From: Elsinoe ampelina | Lineage: Eukaryota | DNA: 64,000 bases | NCBI GenBank assembly: GCA_010093995.1 | Contig: ML992508.1 | Span: 592,506-656,505, forward strand | Direction: 5' to 3' | Shown: one piece after another, positions 1 through 13,000 of the stretch | How positions within the stretch are numbered: position 1 is the stretch's first letter | Layout of the letters: the number at the start of each line of letters is the position of its first letter | Program-made: the position numbers and the translations under genes | Notes under the pieces: model-generated | What the model saw: only the letters and a program-made list of their open reading frames with translations | What the model was told of the DNA's origin: nothing | Databases searched by the model: none

Positions 1-522
1 TCTAGAGGTATATTAATAGGACTATTATAAAGAGCCTTACCTTTAAGAAGACTAATAGACTATTAGTTAACATAATTAAGGCCTACTCTAACTTAAACTT
101 TACTAGAGATAAATTAACTATAAGATCTATATCTAGTACTATTATCTATATACTTAGTATACTAGTTATTTAGAAGTTAAGGCTATAGAAGATTATTATA
201 TTATTAAGTACTAAGGCTAAATACCTTACCCTTACTAAGACCTATAGAGAGATTAATTAGTTAAGAAATCTTATTATTAAACTTAGGCTACTTACTAATA
301 TTTACCTTAGCCTAACTATAGTCTTTATTAATAATAAATTAGCTATTAAACTTATAAGAGATTATACTAACTTAAGGAGATCTAAGTATATTAATCTAAG
401 AAATTATTACTATAGAGAGTAGTATAAACTTAAAGTAATTAAGCTTAAGTATATTAATATAACTTAGTAATTAGCTAATATACTTATAAAGCCTAAATCT
501 CCTAATAAGATCCTTAATTAAT
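1..522 (+). pseudogene. Copia pol C-terminus (RNase H), RIP-inactivated
   Basis: agatctaagtatattaatctaaga = RSK(H)I(D)LR; ttagctaatatacttataaagcct = LA(D)(M)L(T)KP. Stops are TAA/TAG. Confidence 0.85.
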
Positions 523-699
523 TAGTAAAGGCTAATTACTTAGTATATATCTATACTATATACTTATTTAGATTTTATATATATTATTATTCTAAGTATG
601 TTATTTATACTACTACTACTTATTAAGCTATCTTATTTATCTAAAGCTTAAAGTAAATTACTTTATTATTAAAGAAGAGAGAAAGGAAAAGCTATTATA

Positions 700-1943
700 A
701 CTCTATTACTAGCTACTTATACCTAAGCTATATCTACTACTTAGTACTATTATTACCTTTAATAACTCTTACCTATCCTCTACTTTAAATTACTTCTTTA
801 TAGAAGAAGAACTTCTTCCCTTATTACTACTAGTAGACCTTATAGAAGTATTAGATCTAGACCTACTATACCTTATTAGTACTAGGCCTAGTATAAAGGC
901 ATAAATAGGAGAAAGCTAACTAGGGTAGCTAGTAGCTATAATCCTTATAAGCTCTACTATATAGTTTATTACTATAGTAGCTAAGTTACGAACCTTAGTA
1001 GTAGTTAGGTTAGTAGGATCTATAAAGTTTATAGGGACTACTATAAAGTAGTAAGAGTTAGTATAAGTTATTAAGGTATTAACTACGCCTAATAATACCT
1101 CTAGTATATAGGCCCTTAGTAAGAACCTCTAAGGTAAAGTACTACTAAAAGAGATAGACCTTAAGAGCTCTATTAGTAGGTATATTAGGCTATATAGAAT
1201 AGGCTAGGTAATAACCCTTAAGCTACTTAGGGTCCTTATAAGTTTAGGAGAGCTAATAGGCCTTAGAGTTAGAGTATAGTTAGCTAAGAAACATCTAGTA
1301 TATTAGTTACTATAAGTATAGTAAGTGTAGGCCTTATTAAGCTAACTAGGTAAAGTAATATACTTACTAAACTTACTACCCTTACCCTTACTCTAATTAC
1401 TACTAGAGTTAGATCCCTAATACTTAGTATAGTAATTAGTACTATAGTAGACTACTCTACTAGTAGTACTAGAAGCTATTAAAGTAGTAGAGTAGTTAGT
1501 AGATCTAGTAAGGTTAACTTGCTTAGTTAGATCCTTAACTAGAATAGGGTTAGTAACTACTAAGTATATACTATAGGTACTAAAGGCCTAGACTACTATA
1601 GACCTCTAGATAGGATATAAGTTAGTATAGTTGTAATAACTAATTATCCTAAGCCTAAGAAGAGCATTTTAGATTATATTAGCTAACTATTAAGTTAAAG
1701 TCTAAGTTAATTAGGCTATTAATGTTAGCTTATACTATTAATACTTTATAGCTACTTACTAAGAGTATTAAGATAAGTAATTAGTCTTATAGTAGTATTA
1801 TAATTAATATTAGAAGTACTAGGTAACCTTAATAGAGAATTTCTCTTCTTACTACTACCTCTACTACCTAGTAAACTACTTAGAGTACTAGCACTAGTAG
1901 TAATACTACTAATACCTAGCTATTACTATACTATAGCGCTTAT
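700..1943 (-). pseudogene. Antisense spliced accessory gene inside the Copia 3' region, with a DUF3716-like six-cysteine cluster
   Basis: About 400 codons nearly open (only TAA/TAG stops) after removing intron 1716-1759 (GTAAGT...GCTAAC...TAG). Positions 1291-1431 de-RIP to C-x2-C-x19-C-x10-C-x2-C-x8-C with F-x2-C, P(G), AC-x2-C-x-Y and RC. The 3' end is uncertain (~690-770). Confidence 0.65.
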
Positions 1944-2303
1944 ATTATAAGTATTATTAATATAGCATAGTAAGAAGGTAAAAGTATTATATAAAAGAAA
2001 AGGCTACTACTATAAGTATAATAAAGAAAGGAGAAATTATAAAGAGGCTAGCTAGATACTTATATCTCTTTAATTAAGACTCCTAAGCTAGTCTATTTAC
2101 ATAAATAATAGCTACCTAGCTATTATTAATAGTTACTATTATTGCTAGTAATTATAAGCTAAACTAATAGTAAATTCTTACTAATAATTAGCTAACACTA
2201 ACAATTATAAGCAATTATAAAGAGATAAAGTAATAAGCTAATTACTTTACTTATATATAATAGGACAGTTCTCTAGCTTTAATAATCTATACTAGAGGGG
2301 GAG

Positions 2304-2445
2304 TATTATAATAGAAGACTAGTATAGCTTCTCTAGTACTAAAGAACTAGTACTAATAAGTCAGCGCACGCATAGTAGATAAATCGGTTATTATAGCTCT
2401 CTGAATGAAATACACGTCTCTCGATCCGATTTGCCAGTTACAATA
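2304..2445 (+). repeat. Copia 3' LTR (142 bp)
   Basis: Follows the PPT. Termini TATTATAA...TTACAATA correspond to RIPped TGTTGTAA...TTACAACA inverted ends. Confidence 0.7.
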
Positions 2446-2852
2446 GGTTCCCGGTCCGACGTAGAAGCTTATCATGCAGTCGTCCTAAATATACAGAAGT
2501 TCTAAGCATATCAATATGGTCATGCACACAAACTGGACACCTCCAAGTGATGATCACACTGTCATAAGAGTCGTCGTTATCACGAGAGAGATGTAGTCGC
2601 AAATCGCCCGCCATGCCGGTGCATAAAGTACGTGTGCACTGACTTCCAACTCAATTTTTGTGTTACATCACCTCCCAGTGTCAATGTTCGAGTCGCCTCG
2701 ATCAGAGGCATGTTGAAGTCAACGTAAAAAGGACATCTATACCATAAGCTGTCGCAGATGAAAACGTATCTTACTTGCTTTTCCTTGCCCCATCCATTTC
2801 CCGCCAGCGCTAATACACCACAAAAAGCATATCCATCCGCACACTCATTCCC

Positions 2853-5800
2853 TCAGAGCGGCTTGCCACCGATGAAGTCACTCCATCTCCTGACTTCTGA
2901 TGGGATACCCTCCTGCTTGGGCAGCTTGGCCCTCATACACTCTGCGAAGAGCACAGCGGTCTGTACGACATTAGTAAGGTCCGTCGATGGAGAGGAGAAT
3001 AAAGACTTACCTTGGGCTCCATGAACAATGGGACACCGAAATCCACAGCATTCCTCCTCATCACATAATCCTCATCGAGCAGGCTGCTCGCCCGGGTCTT
3101 CGCCAGGTTGAATACACCCCTAATGTCGTACTTCTGGAACACCTCTCTGAGAGCTCTCTTGTCATCCTTCGGGAACTCGATGACTTCAACCTTGACCGAG
3201 CCGTCCTTGCTGTTCTTCTCCAAGAAGTTCTTGACATCGTCATTGGCGGCGTAGAGCTTGTAATTGAGTGGTGCAACGAAGTCGACGATTTGGGCCAAGT
3301 AAGGCTGAGTGACATCGCCGCCGAAGAGGAGGCCTTCGCCAGGGAGAGGAAGGCGGAAGTTCATGGCGCTCTGTGCGGCGGTCCAGTAGGCTTCAATCAG
3401 ATCCTTACCGAAGCAAGCCATCTCGCCGGTTGAGGACATTTCCACTCCGAGGAAAGGATCCGCACCAGCTAGTCTGGTCCATGAGAACTGAGGTACCTTG
3501 ACTGCCACATAGTCGCGCTTCTCCTTCATCAGATCGACGGGTTCTGGCACGTTGTGGTTGGTGAGTGCTGATGTTGCTGCTTGAATAAAATTTGTTCCCA
3601 GAACTTTGCTTACGAATGGGAACGAGCGCGAGGCACGCAAATTGCACTCGATGACCTTAAGGGCGTCCGTTGACGGCTCGTGGATGATCTGCATGTTGAA
3701 GGGACCTGTGATGGACCAAGCTTCGGCGACCTTGTCAGCGATCTCCTTGACACGGTCCTGAATTTCCTTCGATGTGTTGACCGGCGGTAGGACGAGAGTG
3801 GCATCACCAGAGTGCACACCGGCATTCTCGACGTGCTCACTGACAGCGTGGACCAGGACTTTACCAGATGAAGCGACAGCATCAACGTCGATCTCACGAG
3901 CGCCTTGGATGAATTGAGTGATCACAACAGGATGATCCGGGCTGACGTTACTGGCGGCTGTGAGCTTCTCTTGCAGCTCGCCCTCGCTCCAGATGACGGT
4001 CATGGCAGCGCCAGAGAGAACATAACTTGGGCGAACCAGGACGGGATAGCCAACGGAGTCGGCAAAGGACTTTGCGTCTTCATAGGAAGTGAGCTCTTTC
4101 CACTTTGGTTGGTCGACACCGATGGAGTCCAGGATCGAAGAGAACTTGTGCCTGTCTTCAGCCTTGTCAATGTCCTTGGGATCAGTACCGAGCACACGCG
4201 CGCCGCCTGATTCCTGCAGCTTCAAGGCGATGTTCTGTGGAAGTTGACCGCCGGCGGAGACAACGACACCAGATGCGGATTCGAGCTCGTAAATGTCCAT
4301 GACCCGCTCGTATGATAGCTCGTCGAAGTAGAGCTTGTCAGCAACATCAAAGTCGGTACTGTAGGTCTCAGGGTTGTAGTTGATCATGACGGTCTTCTTG
4401 CCTTGAGCTCTGAGAGATTGCGCTACGTTTACAGCACACCAGTCGAACTCCACGGAGCTACCGATACGGTAGACACCAGAGCCGAGGACCATGGTTCCGT
4501 GATCGTCAAAAGTGACATCGTGAGAGGTAGCATTGTATGTCGTGTAGCAGTAGTTGGTGTCTGCCGGGAATTCGCCGGCCAATGTATCGATCCTCTTGAC
4601 AAATGGTGTGATACCGAAGCTCTTGCGGCGAGCACGAACTTCATCCTCAGTAGAATTGACTGCCACAGCGATTTGCTTATCGGAGAATCCAAGCTTCTTT
4701 GCGTGTTGCATGGTTTCCTTCTTGATACCGTAAAGACTTCCAATATCCTCAAGATCATGAGTGCAATCAACGATATTTTGGATCTTGTGCAAAAACCATT
4801 TGTCAATCTTGGAGAGCTCATGAACTTTATCAACGGAATAGCCTTCGTGGAGCATAGCCTGGCCGACAGCCAGCCATCGACGGTCTGTTGGGTGTCGGAG
4901 TACATCATCAAGATCTTCGAAGTGATCGCCCTGCAGGCCATGGTACTTGGGGTCGACCTGTCTGATAGCTTTTTGTAGCGATTCCTCGAATGTCCTTCCG
5001 ATTGCCATTACTTCACCAACGGACTTCATTGCGCTACCGATATCTCGTTTGACATGCTGGAATTTGCTCAAATCCCATCGCGGTATCTTGGTAACAATGT
5101 AATCCAGAGCCGGCTCGAAGTTGGCAGTTGTGGTTTTCGTGACAGCATTAGGTAGTTCCGGGAGGGTGTGTCCGAGTCCGATTTTCGCGGCAGTGTAGGC
5201 CAGTGGGTATCCGGTGGCCTTTGATGCTAGAGCAGATGAACGAGAAAGACGAGCGTTAACTTCAATGACCCTGTAGTCAAGACCGTCGGCCTGGAGCGCA
5301 TATTGGACATTGCACTCGCCGACCACGCCGAGATGTCTGACAATCTTGATCGCGGCGGATCTGAGCATGTGATACTCCTCGTCGCTGAATGTTTGACTTG
5401 GCGAGACTACTATACTGTCTCCAGTATGCACCCCGAGGGGATCGAAGTTTTCCATGTTGCAGACAGTGATACAGTTGTTCTCTGCATCCCTGACAACCTC
5501 ATACTCTGCTTCCTTCCAGCCTTTCAAGCTCTTCTCGATTAGGACCTGGGGACTTGTGGACAGTGACCTTGCCGCCAAATCTCGAAGCTCCTGTGGGTTA
5601 TTGGCGAACCCTGACCCGAGGCCTCCTAGAGCGTATGCGGCTCGCGCAATGATAGGGTATCCGATCTCTTCAGCGGCGTCAAGAGCAGACTGGACTGAGT
5701 CCACGGCTGTAGACTGGGCGACTGGAATATCGATCTCGTTGAGGGCTCTCACAAAGAGGTCGCGGTCCTCACTTGTCTCCAGCGTCTTGATCGGGGTTCC

Positions 5801-6455
5801 CAGCACCTTGACACCGTACTTCTTCCAAAGACCCAGCTTCTCCATCTGCACACCGAGATTGAGGGCAGTCTGTCCTCCAAAGGAAAGGAAGACGCCATCC
5901 GGCTTTTCTTTCTGTATGACAAACTCGACGTACTCCGGGGTGACGGGGAGGTAGTAGATCTCATCGGCGAGGACGTGGGAGGTCTGAATAGTCGCGATAT
6001 TGGGGTTGATCAGCACAGAGGCTACGCCGGCCTCTTTGAGGGCTTTCAGAGCTTGTGAACCTGATACGAGCGTTAGCCAGCGTACTGGGTCCTCTTAGGT
6101 CGACCTTACCGGAGTAGTCGAACTCGCCGGCCTGCCCGATGGCGAGTCCACCACTACCTATGACTAATACTTTCTTGACATCAACAGGGTTCTGTGCACC
6201 AGCAATGACACCGCTCTCGATATAGGCCTTCGAATTTGGGGCAGTAGCCGTGGCATTGGTCGCGTAACGGACGTGTCGCTGGCTAGGTCGATGCGCAGGA
6301 GTAGTCTTCTGAGTCGCGAGCAGCCTCTCCTGGCGAGGGCGAGCAGGTATCGAAGTCGAGAAGCATCTTGCGTGCTTGGTCGGGGCAGGATTACTTGAGC
6401 CTTTGGCAGCGACCTGCTTGGTCACGAGCCGAGCTATTCGGGCGTGGTGAGCCAT
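2853..6455 (-). CDS. CPA2: Carbamoyl-phosphate synthase, arginine-specific large subunit (mitochondrial presequence); introns 6061-6109 and 2961-3010
   Basis: KVLVIGSGGLAIGQAGEFDYSG|SQAL, two ATP-grasp halves, GSGVYRIGSSVEFDWC. Canonical GTAAG/CTAA/AG introns join the ORFs in frame. N-terminus is Arg/Ala/Ser-rich. Confidence 0.95.
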
Positions 6456-6580
6456 TGGGACCTGCCGCAGTGTTGAGGAGATGTTAGGATCCCAGGGAAG
6501 GGTCCGATACTATGCGTACTCCAGAGGGCGAGGGTGTACACAGCTTCGAGTATAAAAAAACTTGTCGCCGAGAGAAAATC

Positions 6581-6586
6581 GAGTCA
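6581..6586 (-). promoter_or_regulatory. Candidate Gcn4/CpcA (cross-pathway control) site TGACTC
   Basis: GAGTCA on the + strand, ~130 bp upstream of the CPA2 ATG. Arginine genes are established CpcA/Gcn4 targets, but a hexamer can occur by chance. Confidence 0.4.
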
Positions 6587-7089
6587 CAGAGCTTGGACGT
6601 TTGGGGTTGTGGTATAGATAAGGAAGCTCTCCGGTTGGTCGGCCGCGGAGGTGATGCCAATCCTCCAAGCAATTGGAAGACCGCAGTGAGGAATTGGTTT
6701 GAAGTACAGCGTCCTCGAGGCTTGGACAAGCTGCAAATGAGAGACTCCCACAGTTCTTCCCAGAAGTATCTGCTACCCTGCAGACTTTCGCAGGAATGGA
6801 ATTTTTTTGGCTGCATGTGATTTCAATCGCCGACATCGGCCCCTCACGGTGAGACTCTATGGTAGCCGATTTGCGCCTTTCCGCCAAACGCCAATTTTTC
6901 TCCAGCCTCTACCAGCCTCGTAGGAAGAGCAAAAATACCCTTTACTACAACTCTACTAATTTATTAAATTAGTAAGTCAGTAATAGCTTCATTTATGCGG
7001 CGCACCTTACGGATTAATTTCATCTAATTTTTATAATCTCTACTATACTAAGTCGTGTGTAAAACTCTCTCTAAACTCTCTCTATCCTA

Positions 7090-9435
7090 TATAGTTATAC
7101 CTTACTAAGTAACTAATATTACTCCCTAGAGGGAGAGAATTACTTAGCGTATTAAAGAGCAGTAAGCAACTATAGACAACGTACTTAACGAACTATATAA
7201 GCACAATATAGAGATTATAAAGTAAATACTTAAGTAATAATTATAGTAATAGAGTATCTTCTACTAGCTAAAGACTAAGGATAGTAACGCTCTAAAGGAG
7301 CAGATTATATAGTAGTTTAAGCTAATAAGGTAGAGTAATAAGAAGATACTTAGAACACTAGTTAATAACGGCTTTAAGGTTAATCTAAAAGGTCTATTCT
7401 ACCTTTAAAAGAGTATAGAGCTAGTAAGAAAGACTCCTTAAGAGTAGTATAAGTAGTTAAAGGATTAATAGCGCTAGGCCTTATAAATTAAGCTTAATAA
7501 AAGGCTTATCGAGTTACTTAGAAAGGGGTTACTCTATATATATATATATAGTAAGTATAATATTATATATATATATATAATTCTTATAAGTTAACTTACT
7601 ATATACTTGCTAACCTCTAATAGTAACGTTATAATAGAAGTCCTTTACGAACTTAACTCTTAGCTCTTTTAAAATTGCTATACGTATGTCTAGAATGTTT
7701 AATAATCTTATTAATAAGTTATAGAGCTAAATAGTTTATAGTTAATAGACGCTTACTATAAGTTTAAGACTTAGAGTCTCTAGATCTATACTAGTATCGA
7801 CTACTATTTACGAAGAATAGCCTAGATATACTATAGTATCTTAGTATACTTATAATGCTTAGTACTTTATTAATATCTTACCTATTTATCTAAGACTAGT
7901 ATACTACCTTAGTAACTATAGATAGATTATAGTAGAGAGACTATAGTAGCTACTAATATACACTATTATATCTCCTAGCAACTTTGTAGTGTACGAGATA
8001 ATAGAGACCCTTTATACTTCTATAACTACTTTAATTATAGCATAAGTAAGAGCAATTAGCGGATTAAGGTATACTAGTTATAGTAGGCCTACGTGCTTAA
8101 TACTTAGTATAATTAGTTTTAAGAGCTAAGTAATACTAGTAAATTTAATAGAGATCTACTACCTAATAGAGTTATATTTCTTATAGTCTATATGCCTATT
8201 ATATAGAGAGTTTACTAGTTCTTTACTAGCCTCTAGAACTACTATACTATCTGTAAGTAGCGTAAGTATAACTAGGTTATCTCTAGTAGTCTAGATAAGA
8301 TATATTAATATCTAGAGTAGTAGAGTAGTAAAGATAGAGATATCTAAGTACCTACTAGAATTATTAAGGAGTACTACTATATAGTTAGAGATTTTAGTTA
8401 GTATAAGTTAACTCGCTAGAAACTTACAAAACTTAGATCTATACTAACTTCTTAATAGATTCTAATAAGTATTTTCCTCTAGCTATACTTACGTAGTATA
8501 ATTATACCCTCGAGTAATTTAGCTTTATAGTCTTTAATAAGACAGATTTAATAGCTAATAGTATACTAGTCTACTAGCTAGTCTATTTAGCACTTTAAGA
8601 TACTATATAGTATTACTATTTAAGTATAGCTAAGCCTCTTCTTAGTAAGTTACTACGACTATTAGCTAACGATCTACTTAATTAACTATTAGCTAAGTTT
8701 ATTAAACTTCTCGACCGAGCTAGTATCTAATAATTATAATCCTAGTAAGTGTACTTACTAGAGCCTCGCTAGCTACTTAAATTTTTTTCTATAGCTAACT
8801 ATTAATAGTTTAAATTTGCTCTAAGCTATAATCCTTTTTAATAATCTCTTATAATTAGTTATAGTCTTAGAGGAAGAGATTAGATAGTGTAATTACTATC
8901 TAGTTAGCGACTTTACTTATAATTTAATATATAGAAGATATATTAGGTATAGTACTTATAAGATAAGAAACCTCTTCTTTACTAGTTCGACTATACTCTT
9001 CGTATATAAGAGTACTATATTCTTAATAGCTAGCTACCGAGATAAAGCTTACTAATTAAGTTATTAAGCTACTAAACCTCCTTAAGCCTTTTAAGCGCTA
9101 GTTACTCCTCGTGCTTAACTCTCTTAAGTTACTAAAACTAAGTACTAACGAGGCTTCTACTACCCCTCGGCGACTAATACTAGATTATAGAGACTATTAA
9201 CTTACTCTCTAGTAACGCTAGTTTAAGTACTAGTTTAAGTACTACCTTCTCTAGCTACGCTATAGTATAGTACTAAGCTTAAAGTATAAGTTTTATTTAG
9301 TAAAAGAGGTAGAAGTAGTATTATAACTTATTACCTTAGTAATACTACATTATATAAAGACTTCTTTAGAGATAACTAGTTCCTTACTATTAGTAAATTA
9401 ATCTTTACTAATTGACTTTTCTACGTTCTTATTAC
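7090..9435 (-). pseudogene. 3' part of multi-intron unknown gene(s) of the TIR element
   Basis: Long near-open minus-strand frames with TAA/TAG stops and GTAAG...CTAAC...TAG intron-like segments. The frame continues from 24341 across the Gypsy insertion. Confidence 0.5.
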
Positions 9436-9640
9436 TAATATAAGGCAGATACGAACTAGATTCAGTTAGGATATAGTTTAGATTAGTTACGTAATCTCGG
9501 TATCGCGGCCTAGGCTTCCGGCCGCTTTGCTCTTAATATTATATATGCTTTATATACTAGTTTTCTCTTTCTTCTTCTTCTAAGTCTCGATATCTTAATA
9601 AATAGATACAATTAACCTCTTATCTTACTAGTTATAATTA
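9436..9640 (+). repeat. Gypsy A LTR 1 (205 bp)
   Basis: TAATATAAGG...GTTATAATTA (RIPped TGA...TCA); aligns with 22960-23162 and 24131-24335. Confidence 0.9.
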
Positions 9641-10049
9641 CTATATTAAGACTTCGAAACGACTATAACTAAGCGATAGAGCTATTAAACTATCTAGTTA
9701 TTCTACTACTTATATAACTACTAATAACTACTACTTATAAAGAATTAAAGAATTAAAGAAGAAGCTATTATAACTATAGTTCCTACGTACACTATAATAG
9801 ATCCTTACTGCTACTATATAGGTTAATACTACGAACCTCGAAGATATAAGAAGAAGGTAATAAGTTAAGTTATAGATAACTCTTAAAGGAAGTAGGCTAC
9901 TAGCTAAAAATTTTTAATATTTCCTTTATTATATATTAATGTTTTATACCGTTTTATTCACGACTAACTACGCTAAACATAGCTTAATCTAACTATAGCA
10001 ACGAAGAGCGCTACTAAAGTAAGCTACTTTAACCTATCCCTAATAATAA

Positions 10050-13000
10050 TAATATCTCTATCTACTTTCTCTACTATAATCTTTTTACCCTCTCTAACGC
10101 TATACTCCTTAAGAAGCTATAGAAAGAGTATAGTATATAGGCACTAAGAGACGTATTTAACTATATTAAGTCCTTCTATAATAAGTAAACTACGTAGGTA
10201 AAAGGCACTTATATTAACGCTCTCTACTATTACTACGAGTTAGATACTACTTAGGCCTAGCTTAGTAACTTTTAATTCGAACTAGACGTATCTTAGTTCT
10301 ATACTAATAGCGTTACTACCTAAGCTACTTACTACCTAGATAAAATCTAAGAGCTTAAGGCTAAGGTAAACTAACTAAGAAACGAGATAGAGTATAGTAT
10401 ACTAGCTCTTTCTATACGTAGCTCTACCTTATTAGAAAAGATACTAGACTCTACTATCTTTAGCACAGGTACACTAGAGTAGTTTAAGGTCTATAAGTAC
10501 TAGATAAGGAATAAGATACGCGCTAATATAGATTGTTTCTCTATAAAGGATACCTAGTTTACCTATCTATACTTACGCCTCTCTAGAGAAGCCTATACCC
10601 TTATTATAGACTTAGCTAGTAATAACGTTATTAGCGTTAAAGAGGTTCTTACTCTCCTAGCCTAGCGCTTTAAGGATCTTAACTATAGAGCTACTATACG
10701 TACTTAGTTCGCTAACCTCTTCTAGCGTAATAGTATATTTAACTCCTTTATTAGTAAGTTTAATAAGTACGCTCTTTACGCTAAGATTGCTAAAGAGAAG
10801 TAGCTATACTAGATCTATTAAAAGATATTTAATAAGCTACGTAATACTCTAGTTAACTACGATACTAATAACCTTACTACCTTTATTACTAAGGCCTACG
10901 CTACTAACTATAATATCTAATAGAATAACCTTATTACTAAGCGCACTTAGGCTTTATATTCTATGCTAGCTATAAGCTACACCGCTACTATACCTACTTA
11001 CGTACCTTATTCTATCTCTACGCCTATAGCTCTACCTACCTTTTACTCTATTACTAGAGGTACTCTATAGCTTTTTCGTCTAGCTCTAGTACTTACCTAT
11101 TACGTATATAGTAAGCCTAGATATATCTCTACTAAGTATATAGCTAGCGCCTTAGAGAAGGCTACTTATACCGCTATACGCCTTGTACGTATTAGCGCTA
11201 TAAAGGAGATATAGTAGCTTTAGAATCGCTTAGCTAAATTAAGTAACTAGGTCGACACTAGTTTAGCTTATAAACTAGATCTAGTTTAGCCTTAGTTCGA
11301 CCCCGAAATAGACTATAAGTCTACTAGCTACTCTAGCTAGAGAAACGAGTAGCTAAAGGACAAGTCCTATTCTCTAGCGAAATAAGAGCAATTCGAGATA
11401 GATTTAAAGGAGATATACGTTTAATAAATAGTATTATTAGCTACTATATCCTCGCTATTATAACTTTTATTACTATTTACGACCCTTATAACTACTCTTA
11501 TACTATTACGCTCTAAGCCTTTATTAACACTAGTACGCTTATTAGCGCCGTAGTTAATTATAACATCCTTAATAAGCTAAAGAGCTTCGGCTGCCCTATA
11601 GCGTTAGCTAGCTCTATTTAGCTTTAGACTTATAATAGTATTCTAATAGAGTAAGTTACTTATAGTATTCCCCTTACTACTACTGTCTCTAGTAAGCTAA
11701 ATACTCTTACTACCTTCTATATTATAGATATTAGCTGTTTCGATATTATTCTTAGCCTCGGCTAGCTTAAGGCTAATAGGGCTACTATCGACTATAAGTA
11801 TAGCTAAGTCACGTACAAAGAAGAGTTTTTACTAGTCGTTATTAAGTAGGAGCTACTATAGCTAACTAAAGAGCTAGGATCTAGATCTAAGTCTAGCTCG
11901 GATCTAAGAATCTAACTCGGCAAAGCTACTATTCTAGTTTAGAACTAGTTTAGTTCTAGTTTAACTCGTAAACTAAGTTCTAGTTTAGCTACTAAGTTAG
12001 GACGAACTAAACTATATCGACTACTAGCTCTTAGGTTAAACTTTAAGCTAAATTAGAGAAAGTTTAAGCTAATCTCCTATAGTACTTAGTTAATATATAA
12101 GTTCTTCTATATACCTACCTACGTAAGTAATACTAAATAAGAAGAGCTAACTATTACCTTTATTAGCGCCGCCGCCTTTATATTAGTAGCTAAATACTAA
12201 AAGAATAAGGTGTTTATAATATTAGTAAAGAATATTAAGAATTACTACCGAATAGCCTCTAAACTAGAACTAGACCCTATAGTAGTTCTCCTAGAGAAGC
12301 TTTAAGAGTTTACTAACGTCTTCTCTAAAGAATAATCTAATATGCTTCCTTAGTATCGGCTAGATTTTAACAACTATATTATACTTAAAGATAGCGCTAA
12401 GCTACTATATATAGAGCCTTTACGCTACCTATTACTAGAAGAACTTAATATAGTAGAATAATTTATTTAAGAATATCTTAATAAAGGCTTTATTACACTA
12501 AGTTTCGCTAGCTATTTCTTACCTATTCTTTTTGTTTATAAGCTAGATAGAGAACTTCGTCTCTATATTAACTACTATAGCTTTAACGAGGTAACTAAGT
12601 AAGATATCTATTCTCTACTCCTTATTAAAGAAACACTTATACGTGTAAGTAAGGCTAAATAGTTTAGTAAGATTAATATCTATTAAGCCTTCTATTACCT
12701 CTATAACTCTATTAATAGTAAAGATCTTACTATATTCTCTATATACATAGGTAACTTTAAGTAGCTAGTAATACTATTCGGCCTTACTAATACCCCTATA
12801 GTCTAGTAGAGGTTTATAAATTACAACTTTGTTAATATACTAGAGCGCTTTATGTCGATCTACCTAGATAATATTCTTATCTATATAAATAGCTCTCGCC
12901 GAGAGTATACTAAGCATATTAAGCTAGTACTCTAGAGACTCTACGAATTAGGCCTAAATACTAACATTAAGAAGAGTAAGTTCTACCTAACGGAGGTAAA

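Larger units (their letters stand above)
1..2445 (+). mobile_element. 3' portion of a RIP-degraded Ty1/Copia LTR retrotransposon (5' end outside window)
   Basis: Positions 1-~520 de-RIP to Copia RNase H motifs (YSDSDFAGD...STEAEY...DNKSAI...RSKHIDLR...QLADMLTKP). Polypurine tract GAGGGGGAG at 2295-2303 is followed by an LTR. Extreme TpA excess. Confidence 0.85.

Noticed and set aside
6456..6816. Arginine attenuator peptide uORF upstream of the carbamoyl-phosphate synthase gene
   Set aside because: AAP belongs to the small-subunit gene (CPA1/arg-2). I saw no AAP-like peptide here, and the 110-aa ORF at 6484-6816 has no recognisable features.
7534..7580. (TA)n runs here and (TAG)n at ~26188-26215 as functional microsatellites
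   Set aside because: Expected products of RIP on CA/TG- and CAG/TGG-rich sequence.
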